Source: an uncultured Thermoleophilia bacterium
GTDB lineage: Bacteria; Actinomycetota; Thermoleophilia; UBA2241
Reading direction: 5' to 3'
NCBI GenBank assembly: GCA_963713475.1
Contig: CAVQLY010000023.1
Coordinates: 52,909-116,908 of the forward strand
DNA length: 64,000 nt
The stretch's first letter is position 1; every line of letters begins with the position of its first letter. Below are positions 42,034 through 50,775 of this stretch, piece by piece. The translations under genes and the position numbers were made by a program. The notes beneath the pieces are model-generated. The model ran no database searches. It was not told the origin of the DNA and saw only the letters and a program-made list of their open reading frames with translations.

Positions 42034-44412
42034 TCACTTCACGTTGTCGACCCGGATGGTCATGGTGTCGGAGCCCATCGCCTTGACGGTGATGCGCACG
42101 CCCAGGTTCTTCGGGATCTTCACTCCGGCCTCCGGGGCGCCCGCGAACCAGTACGTCTTCGCGTCGCTGAACTTGCGCTGAGCTGCCTTGCCCTGCGCGG
42201 TGCGCTCACCGACCGGAGCCGGTGAGCCATCAGACTGGAGGTTGCCATAGTCGGCGAAGTAGATGCTCTGCGTCTGCGTCGGCCTGAGGCTGAACGACGC
42301 GTCGCGCACCTGGATGCGCGGACGCCAGACGCCGAGGTAGTCGGTCCCGCCGTCGCGGTAGGCGACACTGTCGACCCAGGGGTGGGCGTCGACGACCATC
42401 CAGCCGCCGTTGCCGAGGTGCGTGGCCACGTCGTTGTCCTGGTAGAACGTGTCCCGGTAGATGAGGTGCAGACCGCGGTTGTAGCTGAACCAGTCGACCC
42501 AGTTCGCGTACCCCGCGTTGAACTGGTAGCAGTTCTGGAGGCTCTCGTCGAAGCCGTCGTAGGTGCGGTACTCGGCGATGTAGTAGCGGTCGGTCTTCTG
42601 CTGCCACAGGCCGTCGACCCGGATCCAGCCGTCGGTCGAGAACGCCGACGCGGGCAGGACGGTGTTCCCGACGGCGACGTCGGTGACTTCCCAGCCCTTG
42701 AGGGCCACCCCGCCGTCGGTCATGTACTCGAAGCGGATGAGGACGCCCTTGCCCTCGTAGGCGGACAGGTCGACGGTCACGGTGTCGGCCCAGTGGCTGG
42801 TGTCGGAGCCGGTGTACTCCTTGACCGTGTCCCACGTGGCGCCGCCGTCGGCGGACACGTCGACGAAGCCGTAGTCGTACCCCTCTTCGATGTCGTACCA
42901 GGTGCGGAACGACAGGTCGGTGTCCGCGCCCACGGCGATCGCATGCTTGGTCTGAAGCGCGACGTCAACGTCGTTGCCGCTCGTGGAGTACCACTCCAGC
43001 TTGCCGTCCCTGGCACTGAGCCTGGTCGTGTGGGTGGCCTTGGGCAGGGCGATCTTGACGCCGGTGGCGTCGGCGTCGCCCTCGGCCGCCGCCTGCAGCT
43101 TGACGGTCGCGGTGCGGCCGCGCTTGACCACCTTGGGCTGGATGAAGCCGAGGGCGCTCTTGTCCCACACGTTCATCGCCGCCGGCTTGCTGCCGAGGCC
43201 CCACTGCCGGCCGAGCCACGAGCCGCTGGCCATGATCGTCCAGAAGCCGCTGGTGGCGTCGCCGGTGGTGCTGGAGTAGTCGTACTCGTCCGGCAGGCCG
43301 AGGTCGTGGCCGAACTCGTGGCAGAACACGCCGACGTCGCCGTCCTCGGGGTCGATCGTGTAGTTGTAGGCCCAGATGCCCTTGCCTTCCGGACCCTGGC
43401 CGTCGGTGCCGGGGATCATCATGCCTGGACCGTCGCCGGGACCGCCGCTGCGGTTCTCGTAGATGCTCCAGGAGTGCGCCCAGATGGCGTCGGACCCCTG
43501 GGCGCCGCCGCCGGCGGACTGGTCGCTGCCGGCGTGGACGAGGATCAGGTGGTCGAGGTAGCCGTCCGGCTGGTTGAAGTCCGCGCCGGTGATGCCGTAC
43601 GGGTTCTCCTGGTCGTACTGCGCCCAGTCGAAGCCGGGGTTGTTGGCGGCGAACCTGACGATGGCGTCACGCGCGACCCGCCAGACGGGACCCGTGAGGT
43701 CGTCGGTGGAGTTCCACGGGTCGCTGTCGGCGCCGTAGTAGGACTCGGGCAGGTCGAGCGTGACCCAGTCCTTGATGTCGCCCTGCACGGTATAGGTGCC
43801 GTGCGACTGCTCGAGGTAGTAGTTGCGCATCGTGTCGTCGCTGGTGCCGCGGAGCGTCGAGACCCAGGGCACCTTGGCGCCGGAGGCCGCCTTGCCCATG
43901 TCCGTCGCGGCGCGGCCGCCGTAGATCGGATACGAGTTGCCGAAGAGCATCTGCTGGTAGTGCATGGTGCTGAAGTCGCCCGGCCAGAAGGTCGAGTTGT
44001 CGTCGGCCGCCGGCGGCGGGATGCGGCCGGCCGCCGGGCCGTCCAGGTAGTGGTCCGTGGAGTCCCCGTCCGGCCACGGCGAGGTGCCGAACTGGACGAG
44101 CAGCACGAGGGTGTTGCTGGAGTACGTGCCGGCGGCCTTGCCGGTGACGACGCGGGCGGAGAGGTAGCGGCCCAGCGCCTTGCTCTGCGACGCGCTGCCT
44201 GCGGCCGGCTTGACCGGGTACTCGGTCCCCGTGGCCGCGAGCGCGCGCGCCGCGCCCCGGGCCATGCCCGGCGTCGCGTAGCTCGGCACGACACCGAGGC
44301 GCTGCAGGTTCCTGGCGATGAGGATCTCGTTGGGCGGGACGGCGCCGGCCGGCGCTGCCACCAGGATCGTGAGCAGCGCTCCCAGCGCTACTCCCAGAAG
44401 TGTCCTTCGCAC
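42034..44412 (-). CDS. Secreted M6 family metalloprotease (immune inhibitor A/InhA-like)
   Basis: 792 aa with a signal peptide and the zinc motif HEFGHDLGLPDEYD. Confidence 0.85.
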   Translation of the reverse strand: MRRTLLGVALGALLTILVAAPAGAVPPNEILIARNLQRLGVVPSYATPGMARGAARALAATGTEYPVKPAAGSASQSKALGRYLSARVVTGKAAGTYSSNTLVLLVQFGTSPWPDGDSTDHYLDGPAAGRIPPPAADDNSTFWPGDFSTMHYQQMLFGNSYPIYGGRAATDMGKAASGAKVPWVSTLRGTSDDTMRNYYLEQSHGTYTVQGDIKDWVTLDLPESYYGADSDPWNSTDDLTGPVWRVARDAIVRFAANNPGFDWAQYDQENPYGITGADFNQPDGYLDHLILVHAGSDQSAGGGAQGSDAIWAHSWSIYENRSGGPGDGPGMMIPGTDGQGPEGKGIWAYNYTIDPEDGDVGVFCHEFGHDLGLPDEYDYSSTTGDATSGFWTIMASGSWLGRQWGLGSKPAAMNVWDKSALGFIQPKVVKRGRTATVKLQAAAEGDADATGVKIALPKATHTTRLSARDGKLEWYSTSGNDVDVALQTKHAIAVGADTDLSFRTWYDIEEGYDYGFVDVSADGGATWDTVKEYTGSDTSHWADTVTVDLSAYEGKGVLIRFEYMTDGGVALKGWEVTDVAVGNTVLPASAFSTDGWIRVDGLWQQKTDRYYIAEYRTYDGFDESLQNCYQFNAGYANWVDWFSYNRGLHLIYRDTFYQDNDVATHLGNGGWMVVDAHPWVDSVAYRDGGTDYLGVWRPRIQVRDASFSLRPTQTQSIYFADYGNLQSDGSPAPVGERTAQGKAAQRKFSDAKTYWFAGAPEAGVKIPKNLGVRITVKAMGSDTMTIRVDNVK

Positions 44413-44542
44413 GATGTGCCCCCTCGTCGCCGACAGTCACGGACCGGCGCGCGCGATGCCCATCGCAGGCGCGGTCGGATCGCGCTGAGTGTAGCCCGCC
44501 GACCGGGGGAGGGCGACCGGAGCGCGGGAAGCCGGGAACGCA

Positions 44543-44581
44543 TGAGGCGCCCGGAGACCGGAAGGGCCGCCGGGCGCCTCA
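44543..44581 (-). terminator. 12-bp perfect hairpin downstream of the fmdB-like gene
   Basis: TGAGGCGCCCGG-15 nt-CCGGGCGCCTCA. Two further GC hairpins follow, at about 44587-44604 and 44622-44640. Confidence 0.4.
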
Positions 44582-44649
44582 GAAGCCGTCGCCTGCGCAG
44601 GCGACGAGGCCGAGCTGTAGGCGGCGCGACCGCGCCGCAGGGCTCAGCC

Positions 44650-44850
44650 TCAGCCGAAGGGGCTGCCGCCCGACGGGGCGCAGCCGCCGCCGGAACTGCC
44701 GCCGATGCTGCTGAGGAAGCTGGAGAACTTCTGCCGGACCTCGGCGCTGCCACAGTCCGGGCACACGCGGTCCTCGTCCTTCAGGAACCCCTGGCGGAAG
44801 ACCTCGAATTCTTCCCCGCAGGCGTCGCAGATCAGATCGTAAGAAGCCAT
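44650..44850 (-). CDS. FmdB family zinc-ribbon protein
   Basis: MASYDLICDACGEEFEV..RVCPDCGSAEVRQKFS plus a Gly/Ser-rich tail, matching the CxxC-x-CxxC_SSSS family pattern. Confidence 0.85.
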   Translation of the reverse strand: MASYDLICDACGEEFEVFRQGFLKDEDRVCPDCGSAEVRQKFSSFLSSIGGSSGGGCAPSGGSPFG

Positions 44851-44890
44851 GACCCTCCATCGCGGTGGTGGACTCTATACCCTGGGGGGT

Positions 44891-44918
44891 ATTATACGCG
44901 AGCGCCGCCGGTGCGCAA
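44891..44918 (-). promoter_or_regulatory. Strong candidate promoter of the fmdB-like gene
   Basis: On the minus strand: TTGCGC (44918..44913), 16-nt spacer, TATAAT (44896..44891), then GGAGGG-TC-ATG at 44850. Confidence 0.5.
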
Positions 44919-44992
44919 ACACTGCCGGGGCAGAGTAAACTGGAGCGAGTGCGAGCGCCGCTGCCTGCGGCTTGCGAGGAGAAGGGGACAGC

Positions 44993-45481
44993 ATGAAGAC
45001 CAAGACGCTCGGGATCATCATCGTCGCCGCTGTGGTGGTGGTCGCTGCCGTGCTGGTGGCGGTGACGCGCAGTTCGTCCGACACGGCGTCGGCCTCCGCA
45101 TATGAGGGGCAGATCATCGCGCCGGCCGACTTCGCCGTCGCCGACTACGCCGGCAAGCCTCTGGTCGTCAACATGTTCGGCTCGTGGTGCCCTCCCTGCA
45201 ACGCCGAGGCCCCCGATCTCGGCACCTTCGCGAAGACCAATCCCGGCGCCCAGGTGGTCGGCATCGCCTGCGAAGACACGCAGGAGGCGGCCGAGGGCTT
45301 CATGACCCAGTACGGCCTCACCTACCCCATGGTCCTCGACGACGGCAGTCTGGTGTCGGAGTTCGCCATCACCGCCTACCCGACGACGATCTTCTTCGAC
45401 GCCAGCGGCAAGGAGGTGGACCGCCTCGTCGGCGCGTCCACGCTCGACCAGTTCAACGCCTCGCTGGCCAAGGCGCAGTGA
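44993..45481 (+). CDS. TlpA/ResA family thiol-disulfide oxidoreductase, membrane anchored
   Basis: ATG lies after GAGGAGAAGGGGA. Has a TM anchor and the thioredoxin motif WCPPC. Confidence 0.85.
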   Translation: MKTKTLGIIIVAAVVVVAAVLVAVTRSSSDTASASAYEGQIIAPADFAVADYAGKPLVVNMFGSWCPPCNAEAPDLGTFAKTNPGAQVVGIACEDTQEAAEGFMTQYGLTYPMVLDDGSLVSEFAITAYPTTIFFDASGKEVDRLVGASTLDQFNASLAKAQ

Positions 45482-45523
45482 AGCGCGCCGTGACCTGCTG
45501 ACCGCCCGGCGGCCTCACTCTCG

Positions 45524-46243
45524 ATGACCGCGGTCGAGATCACGTCGCTCAGCCTGACGGGGATCGGCCTCGCGTTCGCCGCCGGGCTGCTCTCCTTCGT
45601 CTCGCCCTGCGTCCTGCCGCTGCTCCCGGTCTACCTCTCCTTCATCTCCGGCGTCGGCGTCGAGGACCTGGGCCGGCAGCATCGGCGCCTGTTCGGGACA
45701 TCCCTCCTCTTCGTCGCCGGGTTCACGGTCGTCTTCATGCTGATGGGCGCCGGCGCCGGCGGCGTCGGCCGGCTCCTCATCCAGTACCGCGACGAGCTCA
45801 TGATCGCCGCCGGCGCCTTCATCGCGTTCAGCGGCCTCGTCGTCGCCGGCGTCATCAAGCTGCCGGAGCCGGTGCTCAAGATCGCGCCGAAGCGGGCCGG
45901 CGCCGGCGGCGCGTTCCTCACCGGCGCCGCTCTGGCCATCGGCTGGACGCCGTGCGTCGGCTACGTGCTCGGCGCCATCCTGTCCATGGCGGCGACCAGC
46001 CAGAGCGCCGTCTCGGGGTCGCTGCTCCTCCTGGTCTACTCGATCGGCCTCGGCGTGCCGTTCGTGCTCGCCGCGCTCGCCTTCGACTGGGTCAGCGCCA
46101 GGCTCGGCTGGGTCAAGCGGCACTACCACGCCATCCAGGTCACGGCCGGCGTGCTGCTCGTGGTCTTCGGCGTGCTGATGATGTTCGGCGTCCTGCAGGT
46201 GCTCTCACGCTGGATGCCCGCGTTCAGCCCGGGCGGGCTGTGA
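45524..46243 (+). CDS. ccdA: Cytochrome c biogenesis protein CcdA (DsbD-family thiol-disulfide transporter)
   Basis: 239 aa with SFVSPCVLPLLPVYLSF and GWTPCVGYVLGAIL, the two conserved Cys motifs. Confidence 0.85.
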   Translation: MTAVEITSLSLTGIGLAFAAGLLSFVSPCVLPLLPVYLSFISGVGVEDLGRQHRRLFGTSLLFVAGFTVVFMLMGAGAGGVGRLLIQYRDELMIAAGAFIAFSGLVVAGVIKLPEPVLKIAPKRAGAGGAFLTGAALAIGWTPCVGYVLGAILSMAATSQSAVSGSLLLLVYSIGLGVPFVLAALAFDWVSARLGWVKRHYHAIQVTAGVLLVVFGVLMMFGVLQVLSRWMPAFSPGGL

Positions 46244-46295
46244 TCCGGAGCCCCGCGCGGGCGGCTCCGCCTCGCGGGGCGCTATCCTAGGCGGC

Positions 46296-49184
46296 ATGGC
46301 CGCCCGTCACCGTATCCCCGAGCTTTCGCCGGAGGGCCGCGCCGCCGCGCAGGCGCTGCGCGGCGCGGTGGCCGGCGAGGTCGTGACGACCCCGCTCCGG
46401 CGCTGGCTCTACTCCACGGACGCCTCCGGGTACCGGGTGGTGCCCGAGGTCGTCGTCGTCGCGGCGTCGCCCGACGACCTGGCCGCCGTGGCGGCGGTCT
46501 CCGCGCAGACCGGCCTGCCGGTCGTGGCGCGCGGCGCCGCCTCCAGCCTCGCCGGGCAGGCGATAGGGCCCGGCATCGCCGTCGACTGCTTCAGGCTCGA
46601 CCGCATCCTCGAGATCGATGCGGACGGTCGTCGCGCCCGCGTGCAGCCCGGCGTCGTACAGGCGGCGCTCAACGCGGCCGCGGCGCCGCACGGCCTCGAG
46701 TTCGGTCCGGACACGTCCACCGTCGATCAGGCGACGATCGCCGGCATGGTCGGCAACAACTCGTCCGGCTCCCGCTCCATCGTGTACGGCGAGAGCAAGG
46801 ACAAGGTGCTGCGCCTCTCGGCGGTGCTGGCCGGCGGCGAGGCCGCGACGTTCGGCGCCTGCGCCGGCGGGATGCTGGCGGCCGGGGCCGGCGGCCCGGA
46901 GGGGAAGAGGCTCGCGGCAGCGCTCGCGCAGGTGCGCGAGCAGTACCGCGAGCCCATCGCCTCCGGTTTCCCGCAGACGCGGCGCTGCACCTCCGGCTAC
47001 AACCTGCGCGAGCTGCTCGCCCCCGAGCCGAACCTGGGCCGGCTGCTCGCCGGCTCGGAAGGCACGCTCGCCTTGTTCACCGAGCTGGAGGTGCTGCTCG
47101 ATCCGCGTCCCGCGTGCCGGGTGGGCGCGGCGTTCACGTTCGCCACCCTGCGCGCGGCCCTCGAGGCCAACGTCGCGATCCTCGAGACCGGTCCATCGGC
47201 GGTCGAGTTCCTCGACCTCGCGCCGCTGCGCCGGGCGCCGAGCATCGCGAGCTTCCGGCGCATGGCGGCGCTGCTCGACGGTGGCGACGCGGCCATGCTC
47301 ACCGTCGAGTACCAGGGCAGCGCGGAGGAGGCGCTCGCCGGGCTGGCGCGCCTGCGCACGCTCGCCGGCGAGCTCGGCGCCACCCAGGAGGCCTGGCTCG
47401 AGCAGACTGCCGACCTGGCCGAGGCGGCGGCCCTGCGCCGCGCCGCCCTGCCGCTGCTCATGGGCGCGCCGGGCGCCGACCGCCCGGCCTCCTTCGTGGA
47501 AGACACTGCCGTGGCCCCCGGGCGGCTCGCCGACTTCGTGGCCGACTTCCAGCAGCTGGTCGCCACGCACGGCGCCCGCGCCAGCTTCACCGGCCACGCG
47601 TCCGCGGGCTGTCTCCACATCCGGCCGCTGCTCGACCTCAAGACCGCCGCCGGCGTCGCGTCCATGGAGTCGCTGGCGGCGGACGTCGGCCGCCTGGTCG
47701 CCGGCTATCACGGCGCCATCTCCGGCGAGCACGGCGTCGGGCGCTCGCGCAGCTGGTTCCTGCCGCAGCTCCTCGGCCCCGGCCTCTACGAGGCGATGGT
47801 CGCCGTCAAGGACGCCTTCGACCCGCGCCGGCTGCTCAACCCCGGCGTCGTCGTGGATGGTCCGCCGGTGACGGAGTCGCTCCGCTTCGGCGCCGATTAT
47901 CGCGGCGATCACGGCTGGACGCCGCGCCTGTCCTACGCCGCGGAGGGCGGCTTCGGCCTGGCCGTCGAGAAGTGCTTCGGCGCCGGCCTCTGCAAGAAGC
48001 TCACCGGAACGATGTGCCCGCCCGGCGCCGCGACGCGCGACGAGGCGCACTCCACGCGAGCGCGGGCCAACGCTCTCCAGGGTGTGGTGTGCGGTGCGGT
48101 CCCGCTGGCGGCCATCGGGGAGGACGAGTTCCGGGACGTGCTTGGCACCTGTGTCGCCTGCAAGGCGTGCAAGACCGAGTGTCCGGCCGGGGTGGACATG
48201 GCCGCGCTCAAGGTGGAGTGGCTGGCGGAGCTGCGCGCGCGAGAAGGCGTGCCCCCGCTCGCACGCGGCATCGGCGACTTCCGCCGCCTGGCCGGCCTGG
48301 CTGCGCCGGTCGCGCCCCTGGTGAACCGGCTCGGCCGCACCCGCGCGGCGCGGCTGGTGACCGACCGCGCGGGCGTGGCGCACGAGCGGCCGCTGCCGGC
48401 TTTCGTCCGGCGGCCGCTGACCCGCCGGCTGCCGGCGCGGGCCGGCAGGGCAGCCGGTGCGTCTGCGGGCCGCACGGCGACGCTGTTCGTGGACTGCTTC
48501 ATCCAGTACCAGGAGCCCGGCATCGGCGAGGCGCTGGCGCGGTTGCTCGCCGCCGCCGGCGTACGTCTGGAGCTCGCCGACTCAGGGTGCTGCGGGCGCA
48601 CGGCTCTCTCCACCGGGCAGATCGAGAAGGCGCGTGCCGCTGCGAGGCGCGCGCTCGACGGGCTGCACCCGCTGGTGGCGGCCGGCGCCGAGATCCTGTT
48701 CGTCGAGCCGTCGTGCCTCTCGATGGTGTGCGACGACTGGTCGCGGCTGCTGCCGCGCGACGCGCGCGTGGTCGAGGTCGCGGCCGTGAGCAGACCGGCG
48801 CTCGCGCTCGTGGCGGAGCTGGCCGCGGAGGGCCGCCTGCACTTCCGTGCCGGCGGCCGCGCCCTTCTGCACAGCCACTGCCACGAGAAGGCGCTCGGGT
48901 TCGCCGCCGCCACGCGGGCCGCCCTCGACTGCGTGCCGGGCCTCGAGGTCGACGACCCCGACGCCGGCTGCTGCGGGATGTCCGGCGTGTTCGGGTACGA
49001 GTCCGAGCACTACGAGCTCAGCGTGGCCATGGCGGAGCGCGCCCTGCTGCCCGCCGTGCGGGCGGCGCGGCCGGAGACGGCCGTGCTGGCGACCGGCACC
49101 TCGTGCCGGTCGCAGGTCGGCGACCTCGCCGGCCGCGCCGCCGTCCACCCGCTCGAGTTCCTCGCCGCCCGCCTTCTGCCCTGA
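46296..49184 (+). CDS. FAD-linked oxidase fused to an Fe-S/CCG-domain module (GlcD-GlcF/D-lactate dehydrogenase-like)
   Basis: 962 aa with an FAD_binding_4-type N-terminus, CVACKACKTECPAGVD, and two CCG motifs (DSGCCGR, DAGCCGMSG). Confidence 0.85.
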   Translation: MAARHRIPELSPEGRAAAQALRGAVAGEVVTTPLRRWLYSTDASGYRVVPEVVVVAASPDDLAAVAAVSAQTGLPVVARGAASSLAGQAIGPGIAVDCFRLDRILEIDADGRRARVQPGVVQAALNAAAAPHGLEFGPDTSTVDQATIAGMVGNNSSGSRSIVYGESKDKVLRLSAVLAGGEAATFGACAGGMLAAGAGGPEGKRLAAALAQVREQYREPIASGFPQTRRCTSGYNLRELLAPEPNLGRLLAGSEGTLALFTELEVLLDPRPACRVGAAFTFATLRAALEANVAILETGPSAVEFLDLAPLRRAPSIASFRRMAALLDGGDAAMLTVEYQGSAEEALAGLARLRTLAGELGATQEAWLEQTADLAEAAALRRAALPLLMGAPGADRPASFVEDTAVAPGRLADFVADFQQLVATHGARASFTGHASAGCLHIRPLLDLKTAAGVASMESLAADVGRLVAGYHGAISGEHGVGRSRSWFLPQLLGPGLYEAMVAVKDAFDPRRLLNPGVVVDGPPVTESLRFGADYRGDHGWTPRLSYAAEGGFGLAVEKCFGAGLCKKLTGTMCPPGAATRDEAHSTRARANALQGVVCGAVPLAAIGEDEFRDVLGTCVACKACKTECPAGVDMAALKVEWLAELRAREGVPPLARGIGDFRRLAGLAAPVAPLVNRLGRTRAARLVTDRAGVAHERPLPAFVRRPLTRRLPARAGRAAGASAGRTATLFVDCFIQYQEPGIGEALARLLAAAGVRLELADSGCCGRTALSTGQIEKARAAARRALDGLHPLVAAGAEILFVEPSCLSMVCDDWSRLLPRDARVVEVAAVSRPALALVAELAAEGRLHFRAGGRALLHSHCHEKALGFAAATRAALDCVPGLEVDDPDAGCCGMSGVFGYESEHYELSVAMAERALLPAVRAARPETAVLATGTSCRSQVGDLAGRAAVHPLEFLAARLLP

Positions 49185-49264
49185 CGAGGTCCGCGGCGTC
49201 CCGAGTCCCATCGCCGGCCGCGTGCGACCCCGCTCGTGCCGGTCATCCCCTCCGACCGTGTACG

Positions 49265-49453
49265 ATGACCCTCGTGAACTGGGTGGTCCTGATCGCCGGC
49301 GTCGCGGGTCTCCTGGTCGCCGGCTACGGCCTGGTGGCCCTGGTCAGGAACGCGGTGCGCACGCACAGGTACGGCGACATCGTCATCGCCCTCGTGGTGA
49401 TCGTCGTGGCGGTCGTGGTGCTGATCGCGTTCGGCGACCGGCTCCTGCGCTGA
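49265..49453 (+). CDS. 62-aa two-TM miniprotein, unknown function
   Basis: MTLVNWVVLIAGVAGLLVAGYGLVALVRN..IVIALVVIVVAVVVLIAFGDRLLR forms the tail of track ORF 47114..49453. GC3 is high. Confidence 0.45.
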   Translation: MTLVNWVVLIAGVAGLLVAGYGLVALVRNAVRTHRYGDIVIALVVIVVAVVVLIAFGDRLLR

Positions 49454-49690
49454 GCGCAGGACGCTCGCGGTCTCCGGCCCGACGTCCGGCATCCGCGGAC
49501 GCCTCTAAGGTTCGTCACGGTGTTGCCGATACTGGGAACGCCGGTCGGAGGGAATCGGCGCAGGTGCCCGAATCCCGTAGTCGCGGGGGGAAGCAGGGTC
49601 CAGTCACGACAAGGTCCCCGCGGCCGATGACCTCCGGTGGTGCGACAGTGGTCGCAGTCCCCGACCTCCGGCGGCAGGAGAGTGAGAAAG

Positions 49691-50275
49691 ATGGCCAAGC
49701 GAATCCTCGTCGTCGACGACGAGCCCGATATCCGCCGGCTCGTCGGCGAGGCGCTCGAGGTGACCGGATACGACGTGCAGACCGCGGCCAACGGGGGCGA
49801 GGCCATCCGCGCCGCCGGTCTCTACATCCCGGATCTCGTGCTCCTCGACATCATGATGCCCGACATGGACGGGTTCACGGTGTACGAGAAGCTGCGCGAG
49901 AGGCCGGTCGAGCTGCGCTCGCCGATCATCTTCCTCACGGCGCGGCGGGAGATCAACGACAAGCTCCTCGGCTTCGAGAAGGGCGCCGCGGACTACATCA
50001 CCAAGCCCTTCCACATCAAGGAACTGCTGGCGCGGGTCAAGGTCCACCTCGGGGAGCTCGGCCCGCCCAAGGGCGACGTGCCCAACCCGATGACCGACCG
50101 GGAGCTCGAAGTGCTCGGCCTGCTGGCCAGCGGCAAGACCTACAAGCAGGTCGCGCGGGCGCTGGACCTGAGCCAGAGCACCGTGCGCAACCACCTGCAC
50201 AACGTGTACCACAAGCTCAATGTCGTCGACCGCGCGCAGGCGGTGATCGTGAGCCGCGAGAACGGCTGGATCTGA
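49691..50275 (+). CDS. Response regulator with LuxR/NarL-type HTH output. No cognate kinase is adjacent.
   Basis: MAKRILVVDDEPDI..LVLLDIMMPDMDG..ADYITKPF, then DRELEVLGLLASGKTYKQVARALDLSQSTVRNHLHNVYHKL. Confidence 0.9.
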   Translation: MAKRILVVDDEPDIRRLVGEALEVTGYDVQTAANGGEAIRAAGLYIPDLVLLDIMMPDMDGFTVYEKLRERPVELRSPIIFLTARREINDKLLGFEKGAADYITKPFHIKELLARVKVHLGELGPPKGDVPNPMTDRELEVLGLLASGKTYKQVARALDLSQSTVRNHLHNVYHKLNVVDRAQAVIVSRENGWI

Positions 50276-50353
50276 GCGCGGCTCAGTGGAGATCGTACGT
50301 GAGAAGGGCCGGCAGGAGCCGGCCCTTCGCGCGTACGGTGTAGCCCGCGGCCG

Positions 50354-50614
50354 TCAGGATGCCGAGAACGGCATGTCCGGCAGGGACCACGACGGACTCT
50401 CGTCGCGGCGATCCTCGTGGCCGCGGCGCTCCGTGAAGGGGCCGGCGCCGCTGACCCAGCGGGGGCGCCGGCGCTCGCCGACGCGCCGGTCGACGACCAC
50501 GCGCACGTCGTCCCGGTCCTCGAACTGGGCCGAGAGCCGCTCGTAGAAGAAACCCTCGAGCTGGCGCGGGATCACGATGAGTCTTGGCGGGGCGCTCTGC
50601 GTCGTCCCGGGCAT
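50354..50614 (-). CDS. 86-aa Arg/Asp-rich protein, unknown function
   Basis: ATG at 50614 lies 5 nt after GAGGAGG. Sequence is MPGTTQSAPPRLIVIPRQLEGFFYERLSAQFEDRDDVRVVVDRRVGERRRPRW.., with good GC3. Confidence 0.55.
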   Translation of the reverse strand: MPGTTQSAPPRLIVIPRQLEGFFYERLSAQFEDRDDVRVVVDRRVGERRRPRWVSGAGPFTERRGHEDRRDESPSWSLPDMPFSAS

Positions 50615-50775
50615 GCCGACCTCCTCAGACACTCTGACGGTACCACCTTGAATGCCGAGTCATTCGCCGTTGAGCGGCTCTTCTCCTTGGCTGAGCGTGG
50701 AGAGGGGCGAGGCGGTGTTGTCAGTGGTGGCGACGGACGGCCGGATGCTGCCCCGGCCGCCCGTCGCCTCAGGGG

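Noticed and set aside
49540-49640. Possible cobalamin riboswitch: GGGAAC-GCCGGT..GAATC-GGCGC, plus a B12-box-like AGTCACGACAAGGTCC.
   Set aside because: The highly conserved GCCACUG element is absent and the B12-box match is only about 11 of 16. A response-regulator gene is not a typical regulated target. It is kept only as an unexplained long leader.
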